From the human T2T-CHM13v2.0 reference genome, Homo sapiens: a stretch of DNA of 64,000 nucleotides. Of this stretch, positions 38,601-51,667 are shown piece after piece. A program made the position numbers and the translations under genes. The first letter of the stretch is position 1. The number at the start of each line of letters is the position of its first letter. Under the pieces are notes generated by a model, which saw only the letters and a program-made list of their open reading frames with translations, was not told the origin of the DNA and did not search any database. The DNA lies in the NCBI RefSeq assembly GCF_009914755.1, contig NC_060927.1, one strand, 5' to 3'.

Positions 38601-41359
38601 TCCTAATTATTTTAAAAATCTATGCACTTCTTTCACTTGAATTTCTATGCCCTCATAGACTTTACAGGCACATGTTCTATCACCAATTAAGAGAAATTTA
38701 ACTTACACATTTTACAACTTATACATGCAATTTGGCTGAGCTTATACAGCACAGATCAACATTACAATCAATTTACTGCCATGTTAAAAAAAAAATCAGT
38801 GAACATTGTTCGGCTGACCTAATTTTTTGAAATAAGTTGGCCATCAGTGTAATTGATTGAGCTATCTGTACAACCCCCAACCTACCTAAGCAAAGGTCAA
38901 AATGGAGGTTATTGAAGAAAACCAGCCACTGAACTATCCCTAAATTGAGTGATGTTTTCCTGTGCTACTGATAAATGATTCATTGATGGAGCACTAAAGA
39001 CTAATGTCATTCAAAGAACTGTAGACCCTGCCCTCGTGGCAAAGAATATGAATTTAACCTTAGACAAAGCAAAGCAATGTGGGATTGTCTATCTAGAGTG
39101 CAGGACAGGGTGCTTGGAGAGTGGAGCTTGGCCTCCAAATATGTGACCTCACCTCTCTGAGGTGTCCTCTGCAAAATGAGAGGTTATTGTAGATGTGTCC
39201 TGTGATCTGTAAGGCCGTCTCTACCTTTCACAGTTTGCGCATCTGTATATTTCACAGGGAGGCTAGCCTGCTTGCTTTTGATCAGTTGAAGTCAAATCAG
39301 ACTCTGAGGTCGACGTTATTCCCTAGGGCTCTTTCATAGACACCCTTCCCGTCTGTCCCAAGACACCTTCCTGGGTTTGGATTCATGCCAGCTGGCACTG
39401 GGCTTTTGGCTTTTCATTTTTCTTTTGCTTTTTACATTTTCTGTTGTAATTCTTAAGTCCATCCAGTCCAGCCTACCCTGCTTCCCATGCCTGGCCAACC
39501 CTCCTGAAAGGGCTAAAGTGCCATCCATGCCCAGTTCCTCTTAGGAGCTGAATGAATTGTGACCCCAGCTTTTATGCTCGACTTGGAGACCAGCTGCGCC
39601 TTTGGGCTTTTCCCAGAGATGTTGGATGAGACTGCACCTGCAGTGTGATGGATTTGCCCTTGCCTGAAAGAGGAAGGAAAATGAGGGAGAATCAAAAGAT
39701 CACTTGTATCCATCCCCTTCTTTGTACACTAGTACATTTATATCACCAGAGAATTTTTGTCTCGATGAATTAATAGTAATAACATACAAGAAAAAGGAGA
39801 AAAGGAAAAGAAAATTAGGGGGAGGACAATCTAATTTTCTCTGGGAGCCAGTAAAACCACCCCAGAAATTTAACATGGTCAGATTAGGAAACACTGAATT
39901 TGGGAGCAAGGCACTCGAGTTTCATTTTGTTCCCCTGACAATTAACTGGGTCAATTTGGATCACCTAGGGGATCTCTAAGGTCCTGACTACCTTTTAAAG
40001 TAGGTCTTCTGAAAGAAAGGAGTGTAAAATGAATTTTTGGAAATGTAATGCTTCTTAAAGCACTAAAGAAGTTTTCTTCTGAGCAGAGAGTCACACCATA
40101 ATAAACTGAGTTTATAATTATAGATTTTCACGTATGGAGTATTTGCCAATAATATTTGAAAATTTATATCTAATCATCTAGTTATCATATATTCCCTTTA
40201 GCTCACCATTATAGATGCTATTTTTATACTTATATTCAGAGGTTGCAAACTGGCCATGGGCCATAAAGGGACTCTGAAAGCAGGTAGGTTCTGTTTGGCC
40301 TGCACAGCTAAAACATTTTGGGTTGCCTTTTGGAATTCATGCACTCTCCAGCCTTCTACATGACTACTGCTTCTTACTGTGTTAGAATCAACTCCCTACA
40401 CCTACCTGGCCCTAGAAAGCATTAAGTTTGAGATCTTTGTCACAATCAAACTCCATCCCTCCAAAACAATTTAATAACACAAGAGGAAGAAAAAAGAAGG
40501 GAAGAAAGGAAGAGAAAGGGAGGGAGGAAGCATTGCCTCTCTGAAAATGATTGGAAGTAAAGTTTTCCATGACACCAGAGGAAAGGGCTGATGACTTCCT
40601 GAGGTTCCTTTAGGCCTGGGAAGCTATGACTACTTAAGGTAAGAAAAATAAAATAGGATACAAAGTTACATGACTTGTTCAAGGTCGTCCAGAAAGTTTA
40701 TGCTGAAGCCAAAATTAAGAATTCCTTTCTTGGCGAACATCCTTGTTCTGTTGCCCGGCCTATTGAGATGTGTGGCCGCCCTGCTTGGTGATGAATAATG
40801 TGGGCTTTTAGGAACAGTTCCTTATGCAAAAGAGCCTCAGGAAGATCCATTGTGTCCTTGCAAGGGGATACACTATATTGTTTCCTTAATGCATTACGGA
40901 GACTATTATAGCTCTTCCTCTCATACGACCCTCCATCTGTGATCACTTAACACACACTACAGAGTGTTGGCTTTGGATAATGTGTGAACCAGGAACATAA
41001 TTTTGGAAAATGGTTGGAGAAAGAAATCTAAGAGTCAGAAAGGGTCAGGTGCCAGAAAAAAGTCTAAGAAACTAATGTTTTTAAAAAGAGTCTGTGCAGA
41101 TTCAGCGTTCAGATCGTATGTGCAAGGCCCTCTTTCCTTCCCAAGAGGAATAAAATACATCCTCAATACAAAATTTACTGTAATTTCTCTCTTTGACCCC
41201 CCTGTACTGGCTAGCTACATTATTTAAGGTACAGAACTTGTACTGGATCATACCACAAAAGGCATTCTCTACTGATTTCAACGATCTATGCCTTACTTTC
41301 ATCTTCAACACCCATGAAAAAGACTCAGATTCAATACGAGACATCAATCCTGTAAATAA

Positions 41360-41600
41360 TAGTAGCTAACATCTACTCGGGGCTTGCCATGTGCTAGGCC
41401 CTCTGCCAAAGGCTTTACATTTAACAGTTCATTCTAATTCTCTCACAGTCCTTATAAAGCAGGTTTTATAATCTCCATTTTCTTAAAGAGGAAACTGAGA
41501 CTTAGAAAGTTTCAATAACTTACCCAAGGTCACAGAGCTGAATTTGAAACCAAGTCTGTCTCTCCAGAAGCCGCATTCTTAACTTTATGCTATACTCTTG
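41360..41600 (-). mobile_element. MIR SINE
   Basis: CTCCATTTTCTTAAAGAGGAAACTGAGACTTAGAAAG...CCCAAGGTCACAGAG MIR core. Confidence 0.75.
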
Positions 41601-42384
41601 TTTCAGACATCTGAAAGCCCTTGTTAAGTATCACAATCAGCACTGGGGCCTGTAGCTGAAGGCAGAGTGGCCTTCAGGGACAGGAGGATCCTTCTGGGAG
41701 GTCAGTCCACACAGTGGAGTCTGGGTCCATCTTGCCTCATGGAGTAGCTACAGGCAATGTTGGTGTTGAGGCAATCTATTTTTCTTAAACTCTGTAAGGC
41801 AAGAAGGAAATCTTGGTTGAACAAAAATCCCATTTCCCCATTATTCAAGCCATTCCTAAAAGAAAGGAAGCAAATTTGAATCCTGCATTTGCCATGGATC
41901 TATTTGGAGCCTGAGAAAAAGCTAAAAGAATGATGTTTTTTGAACATTATCTACATGATATGGATTTGGCCAATCCAGAAAGGATACATAAAGCTCATGC
42001 CCTCAGAAGGCATTTTTCTTCATTTGGGGATCAAAATTTTAGTTCTTTGCTGTGATTATACTATCTATGAGATGGTGATAATTTCCAGGTTGGAGGTTTG
42101 TGTTTTATAATTTGCCTGGATAGGGTTTCAATTTAGCTTTAATACAATATTTGGTCTCTGGATTTTATTAATTTCAATGATAATGGTTGAAAATATAATA
42201 GAAATGACAAATAATATTGATAATAACTCTTTACCAAGTATCTGCCATGCCCAAGGGCCTTAAAGAGATCATTCATTACTCCCAATAACAAGATGAAAAT
42301 GAAATTCAAAGGCAAATCTGATAGGGTTCCAGAGGTTCAAAAATAAGTATTTGAGGGCTCACTATGTGCTGGATATTTTCCCAG

Positions 42385-42837
42385 TGTGTTAGGGTTCTCT
42401 TAGAGGGACAGAATTATATATATATATATATTATATATATATCTCCCATTAGTGTATGTGACTATTATATATATAAAGGGGAGTTTATTAAACCAATCAC
42501 AAGGTCCCACAATAGGCTGTCTGCAAGCTGAAGAGCAAGGAGACCAGTCTGAGTCCCAAGACTGAAGAACCTGGGGTCTGATGTTCCAGGGCAGGAAGCA
42601 TCCAGCACGGGAGAAAGATGTAGGCTAGGAGGCTAGACCCGTCTCTCTTTTTCACGTTTTTCTGCCTGCCTTTTTTTTTGCTGGAAGGTGATTAGATCGT
42701 GCCCACCAGATTAAGGGTGGGTCTGCCTTCCCACTGACTCAAATGGTAATCTCTTTTGGCAACACCCACACACACACACCTAAGATTAATACTTTGTATC
42801 CCTCAATCCAATCAAGTTGACAGTATTAACTATCACA
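42385..42837 (-). mobile_element. 3' LTR (MLT2A1-like)
   Basis: AGGGTTCTCTTAGAGGGACAGAA...GGGCAGGAAGCATCCAGCACGGGAGAAAGATG...CAATCCAATCAAGTTGAC...TATCACA. Confidence 0.88.
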
Positions 42838-43199
42838 AGTCCATCCCTTGTTAACTTGAACACACATCTCCTGAGATCATACATTACCTTAAATAGAGAC
42901 AATAATGAGGTCATAATTACACCTAACATAACTATCCTTCCCACAACCGGAAACACACTAATCCCCAACCCAAATACTGTTACATAAAGTTAACAATACT
43001 TAAATGCTGATATGAAGTCAATAAATCTTATGTCACATGATAAAGGAAAAAAATGAAGATATTTTCTTAGTACAGGTATATACAGGCACAAACGTGTTTT
43101 TAACAAGGAGGAAATACTCATGACAGTTAACAGTCCTTGTTTCTGCACTTGTTTCTGCAGCTGGTCATGTGATCGTAGCTGGTATTGATGACTACCTTC

Positions 43200-46100
43200 T
43201 TGTACTACCCATTCTATATTCCCTTTGCCTTCAGCAAGCACCTCAGCAGGTTGTGTTTTCTTTTCTTTCTTTTTTTTTTTTTTTCCTGGTGGAGTGACCC
43301 AAACCTTCATTCCTGAAAGGTCTGGGCCATTTGTAGTCCTTTCTGGATTGGGCTGTTGTAGTTTTCCATTGACCTTAATCACAGGACATTGTAATACTAA
43401 GAGATATCCTAATGGATCTCCTGTATTCCATGCATACTCTCCCTTACTTCCATCATAAAGTAGTAGACTGATTCCATTTTGATAATCTGGGTCAATCACA
43501 CCAGCCAAAACTGTAACTCCCTTCTTAGCCTGTTGACTTAAAGGTAGAGGGAGCCCAAAGTGTCCAGGTGGCAATCTTCCAGTTTCATGGAATCGTTGTT
43601 ATGTCTCCTGGTGGCAGCGTTCCTCCTCCTGGAACTAAGATGTCTAGGGTAGCAGAATGTAATGTCGTGGGAATAGGAAACAAAAATTTTGCTAGTGGAT
43701 CACTAGGGGTGATGGTGAGTGGCGCCACTTCCACCTGTTGATTCCTGGACCCATGAATTCTAGCTATGGGACAAACATTACCATGTATTGGATGCTGATT
43801 CAGAGCATACACAGCCTTCTGGAGAACTTTGCTGCAGCCCTGCAAATATTGTCACCTAGTTGGCATTTTAATTGTGACTTCAAAAGGCCATTCCACTGTT
43901 CTGTCAATCCAGCTGCTTCAGGATGATGGGGACCATGGTAAGACCAGTGAATTCCATGAGCATGAGCCCACTGCCACACTTCTTTAGCCGTAAAGTGAGT
44001 GTCTTGGTCAGAGGCAATGCTGTATGGAATACCATGATGGTGGATAAGGCTTTCCGTGAGTCCACAGATGTTAGTCTTGGTAAAAGCACTGCATGCAGGA
44101 TAGGCAAACTCATATCTGGAGTAAGTGTCTATTCCAGTGAGGACAAACCTCTGCCCTTTTCATGATGGAAGAGGTCCAATATAATCAGGTAGCTGGCTGA
44201 TCATCCCGAGGAATGGTGCTTTATCGAGGGCTCAGTGTTGGTCTCTGCTGCTGGCAAATTGGGCACTCAGCAGTGTCTGGAGCCAGGTCAGCCTTGGTGA
44301 GCAGAAGTCCATGTTGCTGAGCCCATGTGTAACCTATATCCCTGCCACCATGGCCACTTTGTTCATGGACTCTTTGAGCAACGACAGGGGTGGCTGGGGA
44401 AAGAGGCTGAGTGGTGTCCACGGAATGGGTCATCCTATCCAGTTGATTATTAAAAGCCTCCTCTGCTGAGGTCACCCATTGGTGAGCACTCACATGGGAT
44501 ACAAACATCTTCACAGTTTTTGACCACTCAGGTCAATCCACATACTTCCTCCCCAAATTTCTTTGTCACCAATTTTCCAATCATGTTTCTTCCAAGTCCC
44601 TGACCATCCAGCCAAACCATTGGCTACAGCCCATGAATCGGTATATACTCACACATCTGGCCATTTCTCCTTCCATCCAAAGTGCACAACCAGGTGCACT
44701 GCTTGAAGCTCTGCCCACTGGGAAGATTACCCTCCACCGCTGTCCTTTAGGGATGTCCTAAAAAGGGGCTGTAGTGCTGCAGCTGTCCATTTTCAGGTGG
44801 TGTCTGCATATTGTGCAGAACCATCTGTGAACCAGGCCCTAGTCTTCTCTTCCTCTGTCAACTGATCATAGGGAACTCCCCATGAGGCCATCAGGGCAGG
44901 CTGGGGGAGAGAAGGCAGGGTGGCCTGAGTGGAGACCATGGGCATTTGAGCCACTTCCTTATGTAACTTACTTGTGCCTTCAGGACCTGCTTGAGCCCGA
45001 TCATGTATATACCACTTCCATTTGATGATGGAATGCTGCTGTGCATGACCCACTTTATGGCTAGATGGGTCAGAAAGCACCCAGTTTATGATAGTTCAGG
45101 TTGCATGGTAGCTTGGTGACCCATGGTCAAACGTTCAGTTTCCACCAAAGCCTAGTAACAGGCCAAGAGCTGTCTCTCAAAAGGAGAGTAGTTATCTGCA
45201 GAAGATGGCAGGGCCTTGCTCCAAAATCCTAGAGGCCTCCACTGTGATTCATCTATGGGGGCCTGCCAAAGGCTCCAAACAGCATCCCTATCTGCCACTG
45301 ACACCTCAAGCACCATTGGGTCTCCTGGGTCATATGGCCCAAGTGGCAGAGCACTTTGCACAGCAGCCAGGGCTTGTTGCAGAGCCTGCTTCTGTTCTGG
45401 ACCCCACTCAAAACTGGCAGCCTCTCAGGTCACTTGATAAATGGGCCGGAGTAACACACCCCAACGAGGAATGTGTTGCCTCCAAGATCCAAATAGGCCC
45501 ACTAGGCATTCTGCCTCTTTCTTGGTTGTAGGAGGGGCCAAATACAGCAACTTATCCTTCACCTTAGGAGTATCTCACCAGGCCCCACACCACTGGACCC
45601 CTAAAAATTTTACTGAGGGGGAAGATTCCTGAATTTTAGTCAGATTTATTTCTCATCCTCTGGCACGCAAATGTCTCACCAATAAGTCCATTGTGTTTGC
45701 TACTTCTTGCTCAGTGGATCCAATCAGCATACTGTCATCAACGTAATGGACCATTGTGATATTTTGCGGAAGCAAAAATGATTAAGGTCTCTCTGAATAA
45801 GACTATGACACAAAGCTGGAGAGCTGATATACCCCTGGGGTAGGACAGTAAAGGTATATTGCTGTCCTTGCCAGCTGATGGCAAATTGCTTCTGATGGGC
45901 CTTATGGACAGAAATGGAGAAAAAGGCATTTGCCATGTCAATGGCTGCATACCAGGTACCAGGAGACGTGTTAATTTGCTCAAGCAATGAAACCACATCT
46001 GCTGCAATTGGAGTCACGACTTAGTTAAGCTCATGATAATCTGCTGTCATTCTCCAAGATGCATCTGTCTTCTGCACAGGCCAAATGGGAGAGTTGAATG

Positions 46101-46500
46101 GGGTTGTGGTAGGAATCACTACCCCTCCGTCTTTCAAGTCCTTGGTGGTGGCACTAATCTCTGCAATTGCTCCAGGATGCAATATTGTTTTTGATTTACT
46201 ATTTTTCTAGGTAGAGGCAGCTCTAATGCCTTCCATTTGGCCTTTCTCACCATAATAGCCTTCCAGTCAGGGAGAAAATGTGGGGGTTCTGCCAGCTGCC
46301 AAGTATGTCTATGCCAATTATGCATTCTGGCATTGGGGAAATGACCACAGCATGAGTCAGGGGACCCACTGTAAGTTGGACCTGAGCTAAAACTCCATGA
46401 ATTACCTGACCTGCATAAGCCCCTGCTTTAACTGGAGGACCACAATGATGTTTTGGGTCTCCTGGGATCAACATCAGCTCAGAGCCAGAGTCCAGTAGTC
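43200..46500 (-). pseudogene. Decayed HERV-L pro-pol-dUTPase
   Basis: Protease LLDSG (DSG 46484-46492); RT LPQGY and YVDD (45734-45745); RNase H WFTDGS; integrase H..H..CPIC; dUTPase GVIDPDY. Split across many short ORFs by stops and frameshifts. Confidence 0.9.
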
Positions 46501-46699
46501 CCCAAAATGTCTGATCATTTCCCTTTCCCCAGTGCAGTTACCCTGGTAAAATGCTGGAGGTCTCCTAGGGGAAGGATGGAAGAAAGATTCACTGCATAAA
46601 TTGTTGGTAATGTAGTGGGGTTTTTCCTTAAAGGGACCCAGCCTCCCCTTCATTCAAGTGGTTCTGGTTCCATAAACTGGCTCCAGTCTGGAAATTGAG

Positions 46700-48396
46700 C
46701 GGTCATGATTCTCTGTTTTTATAATTCAAATTAGTATTTTGTCCATGTGACCTAGAAGTTTTCTGTTTGTGTAATTTAAGTAGGAATGCAGTAGGCTTCC
46801 TATCAATTTCACTTCTAGGAACACCGTGATTAATTAGCCAATGGCAGAGCTCTACATGAGTCAGATTATTCTGATTGCTGCTTTGCCTCTGCTGTCCATT
46901 ACAGTAGCTATGCCCACTTTGCCTTTGACAGTTGAGTGCTGCCACTTGGCCCCTGCCACCTTGGGATCCAATTCTTCCCACTGTATTTAAATTTTGTAGT
47001 TGAGTGACTGCTGTTCCCACCGTTAGATCTGACATACAGAGAAGAGCAATTACAGGGCTCTTCAGAGATGCAGGTGCTGCCCTCACAAATCTATTTTGCA
47101 GGGCATTGGTCAAGGCTATATCTTCTGGGCCCTCCCAACTGGGATGAGTGGGTCTAAAGTGACTAATCCACTCCACCATCTCAATCTCCCTAGGCCTTTG
47201 GATCCCTTCCTCTACGTTAAACCAAGGGAGATCAGGCATTTCCAGCTTGCTCACTGTGGGCCATCTTTTAATCCATACTTCAGCTAACCAAGCAAATAAA
47301 CTATTAGAATCTTTTCAACTTCCTGAGCTGCAACATTAAATGCAGAGTTCCTACTTAGTCGGCCCAAATCAATAAGTTCAGCCTGATCCAGCTCTGTATT
47401 CCTTCCACCATTATCCCATACCCTTAATATCCATTCCCAAACCTGTTCTCCAGATTGCTCTTTATATAATTAGAGAATTCAAACAGTTCTTTTCTAGTGT
47501 AGTGCAGCTCCTCGTGGGTCACACTCTCAACCTCACCTCCAGGGGCCCATCGGGATTTTAGTTATAGGTCTAGAAGCAAACAGGGGTATTAGGGGTGGCT
47601 CCGGAGGAGAATCAACATTATTTTGCCTGGCAACTGCCTCAGGAGAGAGGCCATCACTGTTGCCTCAGGCAGCGCAGGGTTTGTCTCCTCAGACAAAGGC
47701 AGAAAGGCCTATGGCAGCATGTGTTGGGGAGGGGATGTTGCCACTACTGGGGATGGGGAAGCTGTTTCTTCTGGCAAAAAAGGTGCATCAGAGTTTACAA
47801 ACATAGTGTCCCCAGCTTCATCAGGGTGCTCCCACACATCCCCATTCCAAGTTGCAGGGTTGCATTCTTTTCCAATCAGTGCCCTCACTTTAACAGTAGA
47901 CACTTGGTGAGGCTGTGCATGCACCTTTCATTGCAGGTCACCCACTCGCATGATAAGAGTTTGTGTCTGTTTTTCCACAATTTCAGCTCTTTCTGTACAG
48001 AAGACAAGACTCTCACTCAGGGCAATCTTAGCAGATTTGAGGCTCGGTATCTGCTTCTGAAGCCAGGAGACAGAATCCCTGAGTCCATCATTTTCCATCA
48101 TTTTCTTTCATCACTTTGTCCACTGAACTTAGGAGCAACCAACCAGCTTCATTGTGTTCCTCGGTTCTCCACATATGGTCAAAGGCATTATGTATAGAGT
48201 CACTGAACTCCTTGCCTCTTACAAGCAGTGAATCAGGAGTGTCAAATGCATTTATTTTGCATAAGTCTCTAAATAGTTTACAACAACGACTATCAGTGTT
48301 CTCCATACTATTAGAAGTACAGTCCTTAGCATTTTTGGGTCTAATCATATTAAGCAGCCAACTCCAGAAACCCCAAAACCAATGAAAGAACTCCAT
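46700..48396 (-). pseudogene. Decayed HERV-L gag
   Basis: ORF pieces MEFFHWFWGFWSWLLNMIRPK (48088-48396), 47709-47924 and 46703-47254 are ERV-L gag-like; interrupted. Confidence 0.85.
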
Positions 48397-48441
48397 CCTT
48401 TAATATTCTGTTCCTTTAGAACCACTCCTGGTACCAAAATC

Positions 48442-48472
48442 TGTATTAGCGTTCTCTTAGAGGGACAGAACA

Positions 48473-48523
<51 letters not shown>

Positions 48524-48968
48524 ATATATATTATTATACATATTATATATCATATTTTATATACATTATATATATAATATATGTAAAGGAGAGTTTATTA
48601 AGTATTAACATGCATGATCACAAGGTCCCACAATAGGCTATCTGCCAGCTGAGGAGCAAGGAGAACCAGTCTGAGTCCTAAAACTGAAGAACTTGGAGTC
48701 TGATGTTCGAGGGCAGGAAGCATCCAGCACAGGAGAAAGATGTAGGCTGGGAGGCTAGGCCCATCTCTTCTTTTCATGTTTTTCTGCCTGCTTTATATTC
48801 ACTAGAAGCTGATTAGATTGTCCCCACCAGATTAAGGGTGGATCTGCCTTCCCCAGCCCACTGACTCAAATGTTAATTTCTTTTGGCAACACCCTCACAG
48901 ACACAACCGGGGTTAATGCTTTGTATCCCTCAATCCAGTCAAGTTGACACTGGGTATTAACCATCATA
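48442..48968 (-). mobile_element. 5' LTR (MLT2A1-like) with expanded (TA)n
   Basis: Homologous to 42385-42837; adjacent to the PBS; (TA)n at ~48475-48580. Confidence 0.88.
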
Positions 48969-49091
48969 CCCAGGCCCTAGGCTGAATATTTTTACATAAG
49001 TACTTTTTTGTTATCATAATTTACATGTATGAACCATATATACTTAGCCTTAAGTTTAGCTATGGAAACTGAGGCACAGAGAATTTAAGTA

Positions 49092-49444
49092 CAGATGCTT
49101 CTCAGCTTATGATAGGGTTACGTCCTGATACACCCATCTTAAGTTGAAAATATCATTATGTTTAAAATGCATTTAATACACCTAACCTACCAAACATCAT
49201 AGCCTACCTTGAATATTGTCAGAACATTTACATTAGTTTTATTGGGCAAAATCATCTACCATAAAGTCTGTTTGCTAATAAAGTGTTGAATTTCTCATGT
49301 AATTGAACACTGCAGTGACAGTGAAAAATAGAATGCTATCATATAGGTACTCACAGTATGGTTTCTACTAAGTGTGTACTGCTTTCACACCTTTGTAAAG
49401 TCAAAAAATTGTAAGTTGAACTATCGTCAGTTGGGGAAGGTCTA
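49092..49444 (+). mobile_element. MER47A-like Tigger MITE inserted in a MIR
   Basis: TA|CAGATGCTTCTCAGCTTATGATAGGGTTACGTCCTGATA...AAATGCATTTAATACACCTAACCTACC; MIR text on both sides. Confidence 0.75.
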
Positions 49445-50523
49445 CAGCTTGCACAAAGTGACACATCTAGTAAGTGGAGAAGCATAATTCGAATACAGAA
49501 CACTTGATTCCTCCAGGGTAGAATTCTTTCTCCAACCCCAGAGCTGCCTGATTTTTTTTTTTTTTTTTTTGCAGTAACAGAAATACAAATAACTAGCTTG
49601 TTACTGTGAGTATATATTTCTTTTTGCCCAACTTCATAAGAAGTTAATGCATATAAATCATAGAGCTAAGTCCCACCGAATAATGTCATTCTGTTAAACT
49701 AATATCCTATCTGACACAATGCTATGGGGAAAGTGAGAGTCTCCGCCAAGTGCAGTGATGGTGATGATCATGCAGTTCATTTCCTTCAGAATTTTATACT
49801 CAGAACAGAGTGTCCCAAACATATCGTGTTGGAAAAAAAAAAAGAAGCATCAAATGTAATGTATAATTGTTTGTGGGACTCTTGAAATGCATCCCGTGCC
49901 AATTCTGGGCCTTAAAGCCATGTTTTGTTAATTAAAGGATTGTTTCTTTAAACTGCCAGACTTCTTTGTGGAACATCACCCTGGTAATTAGCAGGACATT
50001 TTCTTCTTACATTTGATAGATCTAGTCAGTCAGCCCTAGAAGAAAGCAATTTCACTTAAAAAAAAAATCTATTCCAGCCATTTCTTATTTGTTGCAGAAT
50101 TTAAGATAATTAATTTGTATATGTTATAAAAGTTGGCCTGAATTATTATGGCTTCGCTTTTTTTGTGGTAAAAACACTTAACATTAAATTTACCATCTCT
50201 CAATTTTAAGTGTACAGTTCAGTTGTGTTAAGTATATTCACATTATTGTGTAACAGATCTCTAGAACTTTGTCATCTTGCAAAACTAAAACTTTATTCCT
50301 ATTAAACACTAATTCCCTCTACCTCCAAGCCCTTGGCAACCACCTTTCTACTTTCTGTTTCTATGATTTTGGCTACTTTATATGAATGGAATCACGTACT
50401 ATTCACGCTATTGTGAATGGCTTATTTCATAATGTCCTCAAGATTCATCCGTGTTGTAGCATATGACAGGACTTCCTTTTTAAAGCTGGATAGTATTCCA
50501 TTGTATGTACACACCACATTTTC

Positions 50524-51656
50524 GTGTGTGTGTGTTTGTGTGTGTGTATGTAGTAGTGGTTTTTACTGATTGGCACAAGATCACGGCCTGTGCTTCCAAT
50601 ACCCTTCCCTCCTATGCAGCTCAAATGGAAGGAAACTGATTAACACATAGGAAGCAATAGCATGCTTACAGGTTTAAACTCCTTTCGTTTTTACAAAAAG
50701 GAGTGGGATATGGGGGGTGGTACAATTTTAGGGGTAGTAGCAAAACTCTCCCTAGACTACAGTGGGTGGGCCTGTCTGTCCCCTGTTGCTGGTACCACAT
50801 AAGAAGGTTCATCAGTAAAGGAAAAAAGGGTTACATGTGGTTGGCCTGCTATTAAGAGGGGAAGATAGGATGGTATCTGCTGTGTACCTGTGTTGGGCCA
50901 AACCTGGGACTGGACCAGTGCCCCTTTCTTCTTGGCCCACCTACACAACCCAGCTGTACTGTCTCCTGCACCCATGGGAAGGAGGTGTGAAGGAAGCTGA
51001 GAACATCCGCCTTGAGAAGATGAAACAGGAAACCTCACTTTCCTTTCACTTTCTCTGGACTAAATTCCACTCCCCTCAGCTCTGGAAAGCACTGCAAAAG
51101 TCTTCCTTAGGAGTGCTGTGAAGACGCTGGGGAAGATGCCGGCCCAGGCAGGTGGCCCTGAGTGGGCAAAAAGAAAAACTTGACTTTCCATGCAGTATCA
51201 AGCAAGGTTACTTTGTAAACAAACAAAACTGGAAAATAAGACTACATACTAAGTCCTTGAGAGCATTTGGATTGGGGGCAAGGGCTTTATTACTCCTTCC
51301 CCCCCCATTTTATAACCCCACACCAAGTGTCAAGAGCTTTAAGGACCACAACCAACCCCACCTTCCCTTCAAGCACCATTCCTTGGGTTCCTCAGTTTTG
51401 TTGAGCTCATTTGGGGTTATTCCTGCCACCCTCTTAAAAAATGACTCAGCCTGCTGGTTGGTCCATTTTCTACCCTTTCTACAATTATGAAACACACTCT
51501 CTAAATAGGAGATACATAAGCCCTCACTCTATAGTCCAAGGAACTAGGTGATATAATGCCAGGAAGGCTAAATTGTTTGCTTTCCTGGGTAATCCTGATG
51601 TGAATGGACAGCAGCAGGGTTCTGGTGGGATCAGAGCAGTCTAGTTTGAGCCACCG
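50524..51656 (-). pseudogene. Probable retroposed (processed) non-coding transcript fragment, source unidentified
   Basis: Unique-looking 1.1 kb flanked by CACCACATTTT (50512-50522, 51657-51667); on - strand ends AGTAAA followed by a CA-rich tail consistent with decayed poly(A). Confidence 0.6.
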
Positions 51657-51667
51657 CACCACATTTT

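Larger units (their letters stand above)
42385..48968 (-). mobile_element. Full-length-type HERV-L provirus (LTR-gag-pol-dUTPase-LTR, no env) with MLT2A LTRs, antisense to LRRN1
   Basis: Two homologous LTRs; 5-bp TSD CCCAG (42380-42384, 48969-48973); PBS-like TGGTACCAGGAGTGG on - strand next to 48441; PPT next to 42838; retroviral protein motifs inside. Confidence 0.93.

Noticed and set aside
42990-48396. HERV-L ORFs as functional or domesticated proteins
   Set aside because: gag and pol are fragmented by multiple stops and frameshifts; the longest sense pieces are under 200 aa.
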